A stretch of DNA of 64,000 nt from NCBI RefSeq assembly GCF_006345805.1, contig NC_043003.1:93000001-93064000 (forward strand), given 5' to 3'. The position numbers were made by a program, and so were the translations under genes. This document shows positions 40,328 to 52,558 of the stretch, piece after piece (position 1 is the stretch's first letter; every line of letters starts with the position of its first letter). The stretch comes from Octopus sinensis (taxonomy: Eukaryota). A model generated the notes under the pieces. It saw only the letters and a program-made list of their open reading frames with translations. It did no database searches and was not told the origin of the DNA.

Positions 40328-40409
40328 GACGAGGTGGCCGAGTGGTTAAGGCGATGGACTGCTAATCCATTGGGGTCTCCCCGCGTGAGTTCGAATCTCA
40401 TCCTCGTCG
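40328..40409 (+). tRNA. tRNA-Ser(GCT)
   Basis: 82-nt cloverleaf GACGAGG...CCTCGTCG, anticodon loop CTGCTAA, long variable arm GGGG-TCT-CCCC, T-run terminator downstream. Confidence 0.97.
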
Positions 40410-40567
40410 TTCATTTTTTTTTCTCTTATTTAAGTATTCTGTTCTTGTGTTGCAGCGTTTATACAGAGAAAGGTAGACTCTCAGTGATCAGAGTTCACGA
40501 ATTGGCCTCGTTACATATCTGGAAAATACATGAACATCACATCAGCTTATTTCATTTCTTATTTCGC

Positions 40568-40970
40568 AGTGGCTGTGTGGTAAGTAGCTTGCTAACCAAC
40601 CACATGGTTCCGGGTTCAGTCCCACTGCATGGCATCTTGGGCAAGTGTCTTCTGCTATAGCCTCGGGCCGACCAAAGCCTTGTGAGTGGATTCGGTAGAC
40701 GGAAACTGAAAGAAGCCTGTCGTATATATGTATATATATATATGTATGTGTGTGTATATGTTCGTGTGTCTGTGTTTGTTCCTCTAGCATTGCTTGACAA
40801 CCGATGCTGGTGTGTTTACGTCCCCGTCACTTAGCGGTTCGGCAAAATAGACCGATAGAATAAGTACTGGGCTTACAAGGAATAAGTCCCGGGGTCGATT
40901 TGCTCGACAAAAGGTGGTGCTCCAGCATGGCCGCAGTCAAATGACTGAAAAAAGTAAAAGAGTAAAGAGT
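40568..40970 (+). mobile_element. SINE family A
   Basis: Sequence match to the other copies. Confidence 0.9.
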
Positions 40971-41380
40971 ATAATAAACTGAAGAACCTTACTCATATAA
41001 AACTTATATTTTTTAATTTCTCCTGAAAAATTATCCCGTGACTAAAAAGTTCATAGTTTCGATATATTTTTCACAGTTAAAGGGTATCTGGGTCACCACT
41101 TCATGTTGCCTTTATGCAGTTTTGATCGTAAGATCGTGGTTTCAATTCCTGGACCGAGCGATGCGCTGTGTTCTTGATCAAAATATTTCATTTCACGTTG
41201 AGCCAGTCTACTCAGCAACGGACCGGCGTCGAGTCTAGTGGGGAGTATATACACCAGAGTAAACGGGAAAACAGCCCTATGAGTCTGTATAAATCGAGAA
41301 GGAGCATTATCCCATTTTTTAAATATGTCAAGAAATATACATATATAAATAAATCCTTAATGAAAAAAAAAATATCTACT

Positions 41381-41773
41381 GGAGTGACTGTGTGGTAAGT
41401 AGCTTGCTAACCAACCACATGGTTCCGGGTTCAGTCCCACTGCGTGGCATCTTGGGCAAGTGTCTTCTGCTATAGCCCCGGGCCGACCAATGCCTTGTGA
41501 GTGGATTTGGTAGACGGAAACTGAAAGAAGCCTGTCGTATATATGTGTATATATATATGTGTGTGTGTGGGTTTGTGTGTCTGTGTTTGTCCCCCTAGCA
41601 TTGCTTGACAACCGATGCTGGTGTGTTTACGTCCCCGTCACTTAGCGGTTCGGCAAAATAGACCGATAGAATAAGTACTGGGCTTACAAAGAATAAGTCC
41701 CGGGGTCGATTTGCTCGACTAAAGGCGGTGATCCAGCATGGCCGCAGTCAAATGACTGAAAAGAGTGAAAGAG
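41381..41773 (+). mobile_element. SINE family A
   Basis: Sequence match to the other copies. Confidence 0.9.
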
Positions 41774-41934
41774 TACTGTAAATTGAACTTGTATCGCTGG
41801 TTCATCTGGTGAGTGCTCCTCACTGCAAGGATTGGCAATTGCATAACTTATTTCATAAAGACAAATCCCTCTGACTATGAAAAATATACCGTAACTAGGA
41901 CCTTTTAAGAGTCATAGTTAACGTTTTATATTTG

Positions 41935-42205
41935 ATGTTTTACTTGTTTCAGTCATTGTACTGGGGCCATGATGGGGACCGCTTTGAAAGGGCTTAATAG
42001 GGCTTAGTCGAACAAATCAAGCCCAGTACTTATTCTCTAAGTTTGGTACATATTCTATTCGTCTCTCTCTCTCTCTCTCTCTCTCTTCCCTCTATCTTTC
42101 TCTCTCTCTCTCTCCCTCTGCCTTTCTTCTCTCTTTTTTGCTAAACCGCGCGACGTTACGGGAGCGTAAGAAAACCAACACCGGTAGTCAAGCTGTGATG
42201 GGGGA

Positions 42206-42275
<70 letters not shown>

Positions 42276-42455
42276 CGCACACACGCACGCACGCACGCAC
42301 ACAACAGGCTTCCATATTCTATACAGTTTCCATCTACCAAATTCATTCACAAATCATTAGTCAAAGCGGGGCTACAGTAGAAGACACCCCAAAGTGCCGC
42401 GTAGAAGGACTGAACCAGAAACGACATGGTTCAAAACGAGCTTCTTAATCACATA
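41935..42455 (-). mobile_element. Older SINE family A copy with CT and CA expansions
   Basis: Reverse-complement similarity to family A head and tail. Confidence 0.7.
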
Positions 42456-42630
42456 AATCGAGAACTTGTCCGGAAGATTTTTCAAAAAAATATATCAAAA
42501 AAAGCGAAAATGAATAATACAAGTTACTGGCAGAATCGTTAGCACGCCGGGCGAAATGCTCAGCAGTATTTTGCCCGTCGCAACGTTCTGAAATCAACTT
42601 TACCGTTTATCCTTTCGGGGTTGATAAAAG

Positions 42631-42712
42631 TACCAGGTGGCCGAGTGGTTAAGGCGATGGACTGCTAATCAATTGGGGTCTCCCCGCGTGAGTTCGAATC
42701 TCATCCTCGTCG
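42631..42712 (+). pseudogene. tRNA-Ser(GCT) pseudogene fused to SINE B
   Basis: The 5' acceptor strand reads TACCAGG instead of GACGAGG, and the anticodon stem has a C>A change at 42671. Confidence 0.85.
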
Positions 42713-43041
42713 TTCATTTTTTTTTTTCTCTAATTCTCTTATTTAAGTATTCTGTTGTTCTGTGGCAGCGTTTATACAGAGAAAGGTAGGTGTTTATTAG
42801 ATCGACCCATCCCCTCCCACCAAAATTCCTGCCCTTGTTGCAAAATTTGAAACCATTACAAACAAAGTATGTTGTGAAATAATTAGCTGTAATGTTCTTG
42901 CATTTTCGAAACATCGCACTAACTTTATCTAAGGTAAATTGGAAACCAGCTCCGTGATTTCTAGTCACCATCACAATATCTATATAACTTCAGCCTCAGT
43001 AGAATACGATGTTTAAATAAGTGAAAAACAAAATATATAAT

Positions 43042-43123
43042 CGACGAGGATGAGATTCGAACTCACGCGGGGAGACCCCAATGGATTAGCAGTCCATCGC
43101 CTTAACCACTCGGCCACCTCGTC
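43042..43123 (-). tRNA. tRNA-Ser(GCT)
   Basis: Exact reverse complement of the 82-nt gene, with TTTT downstream on the minus strand. Confidence 0.97.
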
Positions 43124-43271
43124 AACTGATAAGTCACTGCTATTGTTGTCTATTTGAAAATACATAACAGACAACTGGCTGACAGTTAAGCGTTCGTTAA
43201 TGTCTTCTTATTGATTTTCTCTAAATGGAAAGCAGCGTACTAAGAAAAATAAAAGCTGCAAGTGGACAAAA

Positions 43272-43850
43272 GGCGATGAGCTGGCAAAAGCGGTGAGCTG
43301 GCAAAATCGTTAGTACGCCGGGCGAAATGCTTAGCGGTATTTCGCCTGCCCTTTACGTTCTGAGTTCAAATTCCGCCGAGGTCGACTTTGCCTTTCATTC
43401 TTTCGGAGTCGATTAAATAAGTACCAGTTATGCACAGGAGGTCGATGTAATCGACTTAAACCGTTTGTCTGTCCTTGTTTGTCCTCTCTGTGTTTAGCCC
43501 CTTGTGGGTAATAAAGAAATAGGTATTTCGTCTGCCGTTACGTTGCGAGTTCCAATTCCGCCGAGGTCAACTTTGCCTTTCATCCTTTCGGGGTCGATTA
43601 AATAAGTACCAGTTACGCACTGGGGTCGATGTAATCGACTTAATCCGTTTGTCTGTCCTTGTTTGTCTTCTCTATCTTTAGCCCCTTGTGGGTAGTAAAG
43701 AAATAGGTATTTCTTCCGGCTTCACCTTTTGGGTTCAATTTTCACTGAGGTCGACTTTGCTTATCATCTCTTCGGGGTGGATAGAATAAGTTCCTGTTGA
43801 GTACCAGGGTCGATGTAATTGACTAGCCCCCATCCATAAAATTTCAGAAA
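43272..43850 (+). mobile_element. SINE family B tandem array
   Basis: One head followed by three successive bodies. Confidence 0.88.
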
Positions 43851-44006
43851 AGATTTTCTCGATTTGACATAGGAATGGCAGCGTATCGTGCTCAGTATTT
43901 AATAGACTACGAGCTACGTTCAGTTTCCCCGGGGATCAGTTTCGCCTTCCCTCCTTTTGGGGCCAATAAAAAAGTTTATTTTCGAATATTGCAGTTGAAA
44001 AAAGTT

Positions 44007-45286
44007 TTGGGTTGTCCGGAAAGTTCGTGCCGATTTATAGTAGCTTACCTTTCGACTTATTTTAGAACACGGTTGAGTCCATAAAATAGGATTTGACTAC
44101 ACCTCCATTTAGAGCACAGTTTAAGCTATCTTTTCGTGGAAGGAGGTTTATGTTCCTATAATCTGTGTTAATTCTGTAACCCTTTAAAATGGAAGATATG
44201 AAAGTTCATTTTCGGCACTTGATGCTTTTCTTTTTCTGTAAAGGGAAAAATGCCTCACAAGCAACCAAAGAAATATGTGCAGTTTACAGTAATGTTTCTT
44301 TATCCAAAAGAACTGTACGAAAGTGATTTGCAAGGTTCCGAGCTGGAGATTGTAGCCTTATTGATAAAGAGCAATCAGGCAGACCATCCACTACAGATGA
44401 TGACCAAATCAAGTAATTAATTGAGAATAACCCATATTACACAACCCGAGAATTGGCAGAAAGCCTCAACCTATCGAAATCCGTTGATCATGAGCACCTG
44501 GTAAAGCTTGGGCACACAAATCGCTACGATGTTGGGTACCACACGAGTTGAGTGAGAACCTTTTGGATCGCATTTCCATCTGTCATTCGCTTTATAAACG
44601 GAATGAAAACGCACCTTTTTTAAAGCAAATTGTGACAGGTGATGAGAAATGGATTATCTACCGAAATGTTCAGAGAAAGCGATCCTGGAGTAAGTGACAT
44701 GAGTCACCCTTAGCCACCCCAAAAGCGGGTCTTCACCCTAAAAAAGTCTTGCTTTGTGTCTGGTGGGATTGGAAAATAATTCTGTACTATGAGCTTCTCC
44801 CAAGTAACCAGATAATTAATTCTGAGAAATTCTGCACACAACTGGACGAGTTAAAAGCAGCAATTCAAGAGAAACGTCCAGAATTGGCCAACAGGAAGGA
44901 TGTTGTTTTCCAACATGATCATGCAAGACCGCACGTTTCTTTGGGAACCAGACAAAAATTGCTGCAGCTCGGCTGAGATGTGTTACCCCACCCTCCAAAT
45001 CCATCAGATATTGTTCCTTCGAATTTCCACTTATTCAGGTCTCTGCAGAATAGTCTTAATGGTAAAAATTTCAATTCCTTGGATGACGTCAAAAGATACC
45101 TTGATGAATTCGTTACCATGAAACCACTTCAATTCTGGGAAGAGGGTGTTTTCAAGTTAAAGGAAAGATGGAGACGTATTGTGAAACAAAATGGTTCATA
45201 TTTGGTTGATTAAAAATGTAATGGTAATTATTTATTGACCTTTTTCTTTCCTTTAGAAATCGGCACGAACTTTCCGGACAACCCAA
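44007..45286 (+). mobile_element. Mariner transposon (mellifera-subfamily-like), defective, copy 1
   Basis: Perfect 30-bp TIR TTGGGTTGTCCGGAAAGTTCGTGCCGATTT with TA on the right. Transposase spans 44189-45213 with TGDEKW and HDHARPH motifs, stops and frameshifts. Confidence 0.95.
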
Positions 45287-45722
45287 TAGAATGAACTGAT
45301 TTGTTGTGAGGAAGAGGAAAATACAAACGTTTCGAGCAATGTCCTTCATCTGAGAATCATATTATCTGATGGTGAATATTCACTATTAGATATAACTCGT
45401 ATGAAGGACACACCTCAAAACTTTTGCGTTTTCCCTTTCAGCAAATCGATTCCTTGTACTTTTGAATTATGATGCCATCGACAAAATCATTATAGTATTC
45501 GAAGAGTAAGTATTTTTTCGACCCTGTGCTAACGAGTGGCTTAACTGATCCCTGCAGGTATTGAACTTTGAATGTTGGCTATTATACCTAAATACGTTGT
45601 CATTTTATGTGTCAGGGCGAGTAAATCAATATGAAGGCATTAACAGACATTCAACTATCTGGTAGGTTTTGTTTATTAATTTTCAAATAAAGCAAACAAA
45701 TTGATTGCTGCAGTCACTCGCT

Positions 45723-45804
45723 GACGAGGTGGCCGAGTGGTTAAGGCGATGGACTGCTAATCCATTGGGGTCTCCCCGCGTGAGTTCGAATCTCATCCTC
45801 GTCG
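45723..45804 (+). tRNA. tRNA-Ser(GCT)
   Basis: Identical 82-nt gene with T-run downstream. Confidence 0.97.
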
Positions 45805-46005
45805 CTTGCATTTTTTTTAATTGTCTTAATTAAGCATCGTACTTTGTTATGGCAGAGCTATATGTATGTATATATATTTATACATATATATGTGTATATC
45901 TATTTATATGTGTAGTCAAATCGAATAAGTTAGCATTGAAAATAACAACAACAAAAGGACGTGTATGTGGGATGTATTAATTTGACGTTTGGTAAAAAGA
46001 GAGTT

Positions 46006-46038
46006 TTTGACATTTCGAGCATAGCTCTTCGTCAGAAA
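46006..46038 (-). ncRNA. Minimal hammerhead-like motif
   Basis: TTT-CTGACGA-A-GAGC-TAT-GCTC-GAA-ATGT-C-AAA. The CUGA core is intact and the site is GUC. Confidence 0.65.
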
Positions 46039-46834
46039 GGAAAACGGAGAAGTCCAGAGAAGGAAATATATCACCAACAGCACATGTGTACTTACATTAA
46101 TGAAGTATCTGTGTTTGTGTGTAACGTATCGTATATATTTATATATACACACACAGGTGAGCAGAGTACATAAATGCAAAACACGGTGGAAACGATAGTA
46201 CTCGAATACCAAAGGTAGAATAATATACTTTTTATCAAAGCTTCAAAATTATCACAGAATTGTTACTCAGATTTTATCATTTCTGTTCGGCGGATAGTTG
46301 TGAGTACACACACACACACACAAATCTTTAAATTGCTTCAGCTTCAAAGCTGCGGTCACGCTGGGGCACCGGCATATATAACATATTGGTAAACAGTGAT
46401 AAGAATTCACGGACTGGTTTCCATTTAAGTTAAAACAATGTCCAATGTTTCGAAAATGCATGAACATCACAACTACTCATATAACTTTCTGTTTCGCAAT
46501 ATATTTTGTTTATGACAAACAGAAACGTATTACTTCTAAAAACATATATTTTCAATATTTTTCTTGGAAAATATCACGTAATCATGACCCTAGAAAAGGA
46601 TCATAATTACAATATACTTTTCGTAGATAAAGGGAATTTGGGTCATCCCAACATACTTTGACTTCATGTCGTGTGCCGAACGATTATTCATCCTAGCAGT
46701 GCCGACCACTCTCCAGGTTATTCTCTACAGTAAGAAATATCAAAATTAATACTTAAGTGAAACAAAATGTTTATACATTTCTCTTTAATTTGTACTATGA
46801 GTCTGTGCTGAAATTTTCATTGTGCACAATTTTT

Positions 46835-47260
46835 GGATCTTTTCGGTTTGAACGGCAGTTTTTCCTAGCGGTGTCATATGAAATTGTCACCCATAATTAT
46901 GACCCTAGTATCGATCTATTGCATTTCAAACTGTTTTAGGGTTAGGGTTAGTTAGGGTTAGGGATGGGGGGAAGGGTATCTTTTTTCTTCACAAATGTAA
47001 ATAAACCTAATCTGTTTCTTAAACGAGGGACATATTTATACAGCACTGAATGTTTTCACCTCAATAGACGTCATTGATTGGTTGAAATTGCAGAAATTGA
47101 AGAAAAAAAACAACAAATATCTTACAAACCATAGAATTTTCTCAATAAAGCCAAAAGAAAAAGACGTTTTATAAACACATTCTACCAGTATACGAAGTTT
47201 AAAAGTGTTTAGTTACGTGGAAATTATTTTTAAAAACTGCCGTTCAAACCGAAAAGATCC
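46835..47260. mobile_element. GGATCTTT-terminus MITE with internal TTAGGG repeats
   Basis: TIR GGATCTTTTCGGTTTGAACGGCAGTTTTT. Flanks caattttt/caatttct form an 8-bp TSD with 1 mismatch. Confidence 0.85.
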
Positions 47261-47963
47261 CAATTTCTTTCTTTGCAATGCCTGTGTGCAACCATGAGAA
47301 TAACCATCACTCAAATTTAAGCAAAAAAAAAAAAAAAAAAAAAAAAAGAAGCAAACCTCGTATTTCGTCTTGAAAACATTGTCTGCACACATTTTTTTTC
47401 TTCCCTAAATATATTTCTTTACTACACAGAAGGGGCCAAACATAGAGGGGACAAACAAGGACAGACGAAGGGATTGAGTCGATTATATCGCCCCCAATGC
47501 GAAACTGGTACTTTATTTATCGACCCCGAAAGGATGAAAGGCAAAGTTGACCTCGGCGGAATTTGAACTCAGAACGTAACGAAAAGGTGTGCGTGCACGC
47601 ACACAGCTAAGAGGAAACATTCTTCGTAAGAAACTTATGCTGCTCTACATCTCTCGCAACAGCATTTTCCTATATTACCAGCGAGTGGTAATGAGATTCT
47701 CTACAACGACACAGACATACAATTCCTTGGACATTTTAAAAACTATTTCACAGTCGACTAAATCACTATTTTAATCAAAGAATAACAATTTCATCAACCC
47801 CGAAAGACGAAAGGTAAAAACCAATATCTGTAAGAATTGAACACACACACATACATACATACATACATACATACATACATACGTACATACGTACAATCAT
47901 ACATACATACATACAATCATACACACACACACACATACATACATACGTACATACATACATACA

Positions 47964-47997
<34 letters not shown>

Positions 47998-48308
47998 CAT
48001 ACATACATGCATACCATGTACATATGTACACACAGAGACATACACACACAGAGTATTTGAATAAGTGCTACTAATAGTTTCATGCCATGGAAACACGATA
48101 ATTCGGTAAATCTATCTAACGTGCCTTGAGTCTCCAAGTAACCTTTCAGGCTGAGTGTACATGGTTAGCCCTATATAAAAACTATTGCGCTGGCTTGTGA
48201 GAAAACACATAAAGGTTGATGCAAAAACTGGAATAAAAACGGGGAAAGAAAGGACAAAAAAAATGTTGCGTCTCCTTTGTCTTTAGAAATCATAATCAAT
48301 CTAGCTGG

Positions 48309-49346
48309 TGTAGAATAACATAGGGGTGAGGAGGTCAAAGTCTGCGAGACAGCAGCTTAATCCAGAGAGGGCGGTGTTTTCGAATTCTACACGAGAAATT
48401 TCTTCAAGTGCTTGCAATTGCTGTGCAATTTCTGAAAATTTTGGGTAGTTTATTACTGATATCTTTTAGTTTGTGATCTTTTAAAGCAATGGAACTTTCT
48501 CTTTCAGCTAAGTATTCTAACCTGTTGTAAGAAATAGGATCACATGTGGTCGTATCGTGTAGGAAATACGATCGCACGCGGTTCTACTCTTAACGAATTA
48601 TTCAAAGCCATAAAATACATACAACGACAATAGGACATAAGTGAATTGACACAAGTCTTCTGTTGGTACAGAAATATTATTTATTTTACATATCTTACAA
48701 TCATGTGGATTTTAAGAGTTCGTAAGCGTTAGCACGTTTTGTGTCTGTGTGTTCGGGTGGCGTGAAGCATACCCAAAGGTACTGAACATAGAATTAACAA
48801 TGGCATTTAGTTTACTGTTCATAGGGCAAGGTGCTGGAATCTACTCGAGAGGCTTTCAGTGTTTGTATAGATTAGCGTAGCAACAGGTAGTAGCAGAGAC
48901 AATCGCATATCTCTAAGTTGAGCAGCAGGTGGCCTAAGTTAGTTCTTAGAAGAACTGGAACTCAAGACATAAGTGTCTGTGAACCCTGCTTTATATACTG
49001 TTTGGTTGGCTCACCGAACTCCAGAAAATGGAATTTTAACCGAAAGTCTTGATTGGCTGATTCGCAATTATGGCGCGAAATAAGTCGAGACGATTCGCGT
49101 CACGTGTCAACCAGTGGCGCGGACTACGTAGGGACCCTCGTGTCATATGTCAACCAGTGGCGCGAAACACGTAGAGACCACTCGTGTCACCTGTCAGCCA
49201 ATCAAGTTAGTGTTTAGAACAAGAACAAGTTGACCAAAGATGGTTGTAACCTCAAACGAGATCATTTCTGCCTTGCCTTTCACACAGTGAAGATATTAGC
49301 AATCGCTATAGTCATATTTCAAAATGGCTGAAACTGCCACGCTACA
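48309..49346 (-). mobile_element. Probable solo LTR
   Basis: TGTAG...CTACA termini, flanks ctgg/ctgt, three ~40-bp direct repeats with CCAAT boxes, then TATATAAA (~48991-48998) and AATAAA (~48680) in order on the minus strand. Confidence 0.65.
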
Positions 49347-49800
49347 CTGTCATCAATTTTACTTCTTTTAGAGAGGAATTTAATCTCATCGTTAACATCA
49401 CTGTATCTATCTATCTTAGCTTTCTTATATTTAGTGGAAATGAAGTGATGCATTAACTAAGCATTTCGATCATATCTGACTTCATACCGGTTATTGATCT
49501 TTTTTAAAACTTTTAAGATATCTAATATCAGATTTTAGTTTAATTTGGAGAGAATTATATTACTTAAGAAATCTTATATTTGTTACTAAATTAAGGAGGT
49601 CTGCCTCAAAAGGGGATAGATCTTTCATCTGGAGTGGTTATTTACGTATTTTTAGTTCATAAATTTCAATGGACGTGCATAAAAAAGTAAGGCTTTCCAT
49701 CTCACAAGGTTTTCAACTTTTCCCAAAAGCTTCCTAAGATATTAGGCTATTTGTTGGTTTAGGTATATTCTTTATAGAGTAATGCATGTAGTATAAATTC
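49347..49800 (-). mobile_element. Penelope-like element ORF remnant (N-terminal to RT)
   Basis: Minus-strand peptides KNIPKP, KLLGKVENLVRWKALLF and PFEADLLNLVTNIRFLK...KLKSDI, as in PLE ORFs. Repeated at ~58332-58790. Confidence 0.6.
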
Positions 49801-50171
49801 ATAACTGTGTGTATTGATTTTAGGAGAATTCTTAGCCACTCAACTTAACGTAGCTATCATGCCAAACATATGTGGATTATGAAGTTGTAGGAGAAAACAA
49901 TGTGTTAAAAATATATAGTTTACAGTTCTGTTATAGGCAGGATCAACAAAAATATTACTCCATCCAAAGAGAGATAAATATCATTTATATACACAGTATT
50001 TATATAAGAGCGACTACTAGTTTCATACCAGGGAAACTCGATAATTCAGCAGACTTATATGACCTGCCTTGATTCAATCATTTAAAATTATATCTCTCAC
50101 CTGATGGAGTACTTTTTTGTTGATTTGATCTATACCGGAACAGTAAACTGTTTTGTGAGTGTGTGTGTGTG

Positions 50172-50545
50172 TATACAATTCTACTATATGGCTCAGAAAT
50201 CTGGACGTTATCAAAGACGCTTGAGAGGCGGTTGGATGGAACTTACACTCCTTATGAGAGCTCAAAATCTCTCGTGGAAGCGTCATCCAACCAAAGTACA
50301 AATATATGGGAAATTACCACCTGTATCATCTCTTGTGAAAGGTAGAAGAGTCCAGTTTGCTGGACATTGTTGTAGAGCTGAAAACGTGGTAATTTCTACT
50401 CTTCTTCTCTGGAAGCCATCTGCTCGCGATACCAGAAGGCGCACACTCTCCTACCTTGATGTAATCTCCAGGGATACAGGCATCCAGCAACAGGACCTCC
50501 GTAATGCCATGATGGACCGTGAAGTCTGGCGTAGCATAGTAAATA
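50172..50545 (+). mobile_element. RTE-like LINE 3' fragment
   Basis: TILLYGSEIWTL...RRVQFAGHC...MMDREVWR. Repeated at ~59164-59537. Confidence 0.8.
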
Positions 50546-50851
50546 GATACATTTACATACATATACGTATATCTTTTTATCACTTACAAATTCAGCAAAT
50601 TTCTTTACGTAGGGAAAACTGGCCATCATTTTTGTGGCACTTCTACGAGCACCAGTACGCAGTTCACAATTAACATCCAAGCACGTTTTAAACTCGTAGC
50701 GAAATAATTCAATCAAAAAGTTCACTACATTGGCATTTATCTGTTATGTCGAGAAAATCAATAAAGACAGCGATAAACATTCAACTGTTAAACAGTTATC
50801 GTTTGTTACTAATCTAGCAATAAAGAGAACAATGAGTAATCATTACTCGTT

Positions 50852-50933
50852 GACGAGGTGGCCGAGTGGTTAAGGCGATGGACTGCTAATCCATTGGGGT
50901 CTCCCCGCGTGAGTTCGAATCTCATCCTCGTCG
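50852..50933 (+). tRNA. tRNA-Ser(GCT)
   Basis: Identical 82-nt gene. Confidence 0.97.
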
Positions 50934-51174
50934 TTTCCTTTTCCTATTTATTGTTTTTTTGGTCATTATTTTATTTAAATACTGTAGCCTGCTTAGACAT
51001 GAAATATTAGGTAGAGTAACGATAACTAGAAATTACAAACCGCTTTCTACTTTCACTAAAACGACGTAATTGAGGCCACTTAAGAAGTCCCTACAACGGA
51101 TTTCATTTTATGTTTTGCTTGACATTAGTATATCGACATTATTTCAAATTACATTGCATCTGACTTAATTCTTT

Positions 51175-51530
51175 GGATATTTTCGGTTTGAACGGCAATT
51201 TTTAACATAATTTCTACGTAACTAAAAAATTTTAAACTTCATATACTGGTAGAATGTGTTTATAAGACATCTTTCTCTCTTGGCTTTATTGAGAAAATTC
51301 TATAGTTTGTAAGATATTTGTTGTTTTTTTTTTCAATTTCTGCAATTTCAACCAATCACTGATGTCTATTGAGGTAAAAAAATATTCTGTGCCGTATGAA
51401 TATGTCGCACGTTAAAGAAACAGATTGGGTTTATTTACATTTGTGAAGAAAAAAAGATACCCTTCCCCCCACCCCTAACCCTAACTCACCCTAACCCTAA
51501 AACAGATTGAAATGCAATAGATCGATACTG
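51175..51530. mobile_element. Truncated GGATCTTT-family MITE
   Basis: One TIR plus CCCTAA repeats. Repeated at 60158-~60515. Confidence 0.75.
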
Positions 51531-51742
51531 TATTTTTTTGGTTCGAAGCGTTTTGGAGGTAAAGCAGACAATCGTCGCGATAAAGACCTCCACAGATGCC
51601 TGGGAATTGGTCGGCCATTTCATAAAGAATATAAATTCCGACCAAATCGGCTATCTGGGTGCTGTCTGTACTTCCCATTAGTACATCAAACGCATTAGGG
51701 GTATCTCTACGGACCCACAACTTGTTATCGAACTGTATGAAA
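51530..51742 (-). mobile_element. Penelope-like reverse transcriptase fragment (YRDD)
   Basis: FDVLMGSTDSTQIADLVGIYIL...GGLYRDDCL. Repeated at ~60515-60747. Confidence 0.8.
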
Positions 51743-52558
51743 GTTCAAATTCCGCCAAGGTCGACTTTGCCTTTCATCCTTTCGGGGTCGATTAAATAAG
51801 TATCAGTTACGCACTGGGGGTCGATGTAATCGACTTAAACCGTTTGTCTGTCCTTGTTTGTCCTCTCTGTGTTTAGCCCCATGTGGGAAGTAAAGAAATA
51901 GGTATTTTATCTGCCGTTACGTTCTGAGTTCAAATTCCGCCGAGGTCGACTTTACCTTTTATCCTTTCGGGGTCGATTAAATAAGTACCAGTTACGCAGT
52001 TACGTTTGTCTGTCCTTGTTTGTCCTCTCTGTATTTAGCCCCTTGTGGGTAGTAAAGAAATAGGTATTTCGTCTGCCGCTAAGTTGTCTTTACGTTCTGA
52101 GTTCAAATTCCGCCGAGGTCGACTTTGCCTTTCATCCTTACGGGGTCGATTAAATAAGTACCAGTTACGCTCTGAGGTTGATATAATCGACTTAATCCGT
52201 TTGTCTCTCCTTGTTTGTCCTCGCTGTGTTTAGCCCCTTGTGGGTATTAAAGAAATAGGTATTTCTTCCGGCTTCACCTTTTGGGTTCAAGTTTCACTGA
52301 GGTCGACTTTGCTTATCATCTCTTCGGGGTGGATAAAATAAGTTCCTGTTGAGTACCAGGGTCGATGTAATTGACTAGCCCCCATTCATAAAATTTCAGA
52401 AAAGATTTTCTCGATTTGACATAGGAATGGCAGCGTATCGTGCTCAGTATTTAATTGACTAAGAGCTACGTTCAGTTTTCTCAGGGATCAGTTTCGCCTT
52501 CCCTCCTTTTGGGGCCAATAAAAAAGTTTCATTTCGAATATTGCAGTTGAAAAAAGTT

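Noticed and set aside
40322-40660. ORFs starting MADEVAEWLRRW / MAEWLRRW (also 59850)
   Set aside because: They are translations of the tRNA-Ser gene plus SINE or flank sequence.
46255-46295. Further hammerhead-like remnant (minus strand CCGCCGA...TAAAATCTGAGT)
   Set aside because: Core nucleotides are too mutated to support.
46937-46962. TTAGGG repeats as a telomere or fusion site
   Set aside because: A short tract internal to a MITE, present in each copy.
43340-52400. Regularly repeated ~180-bp units and periodic tRNAs as a CRISPR-like array
   Set aside because: These are tandem SINE bodies without unique spacers, in a eukaryotic context with no cas genes.
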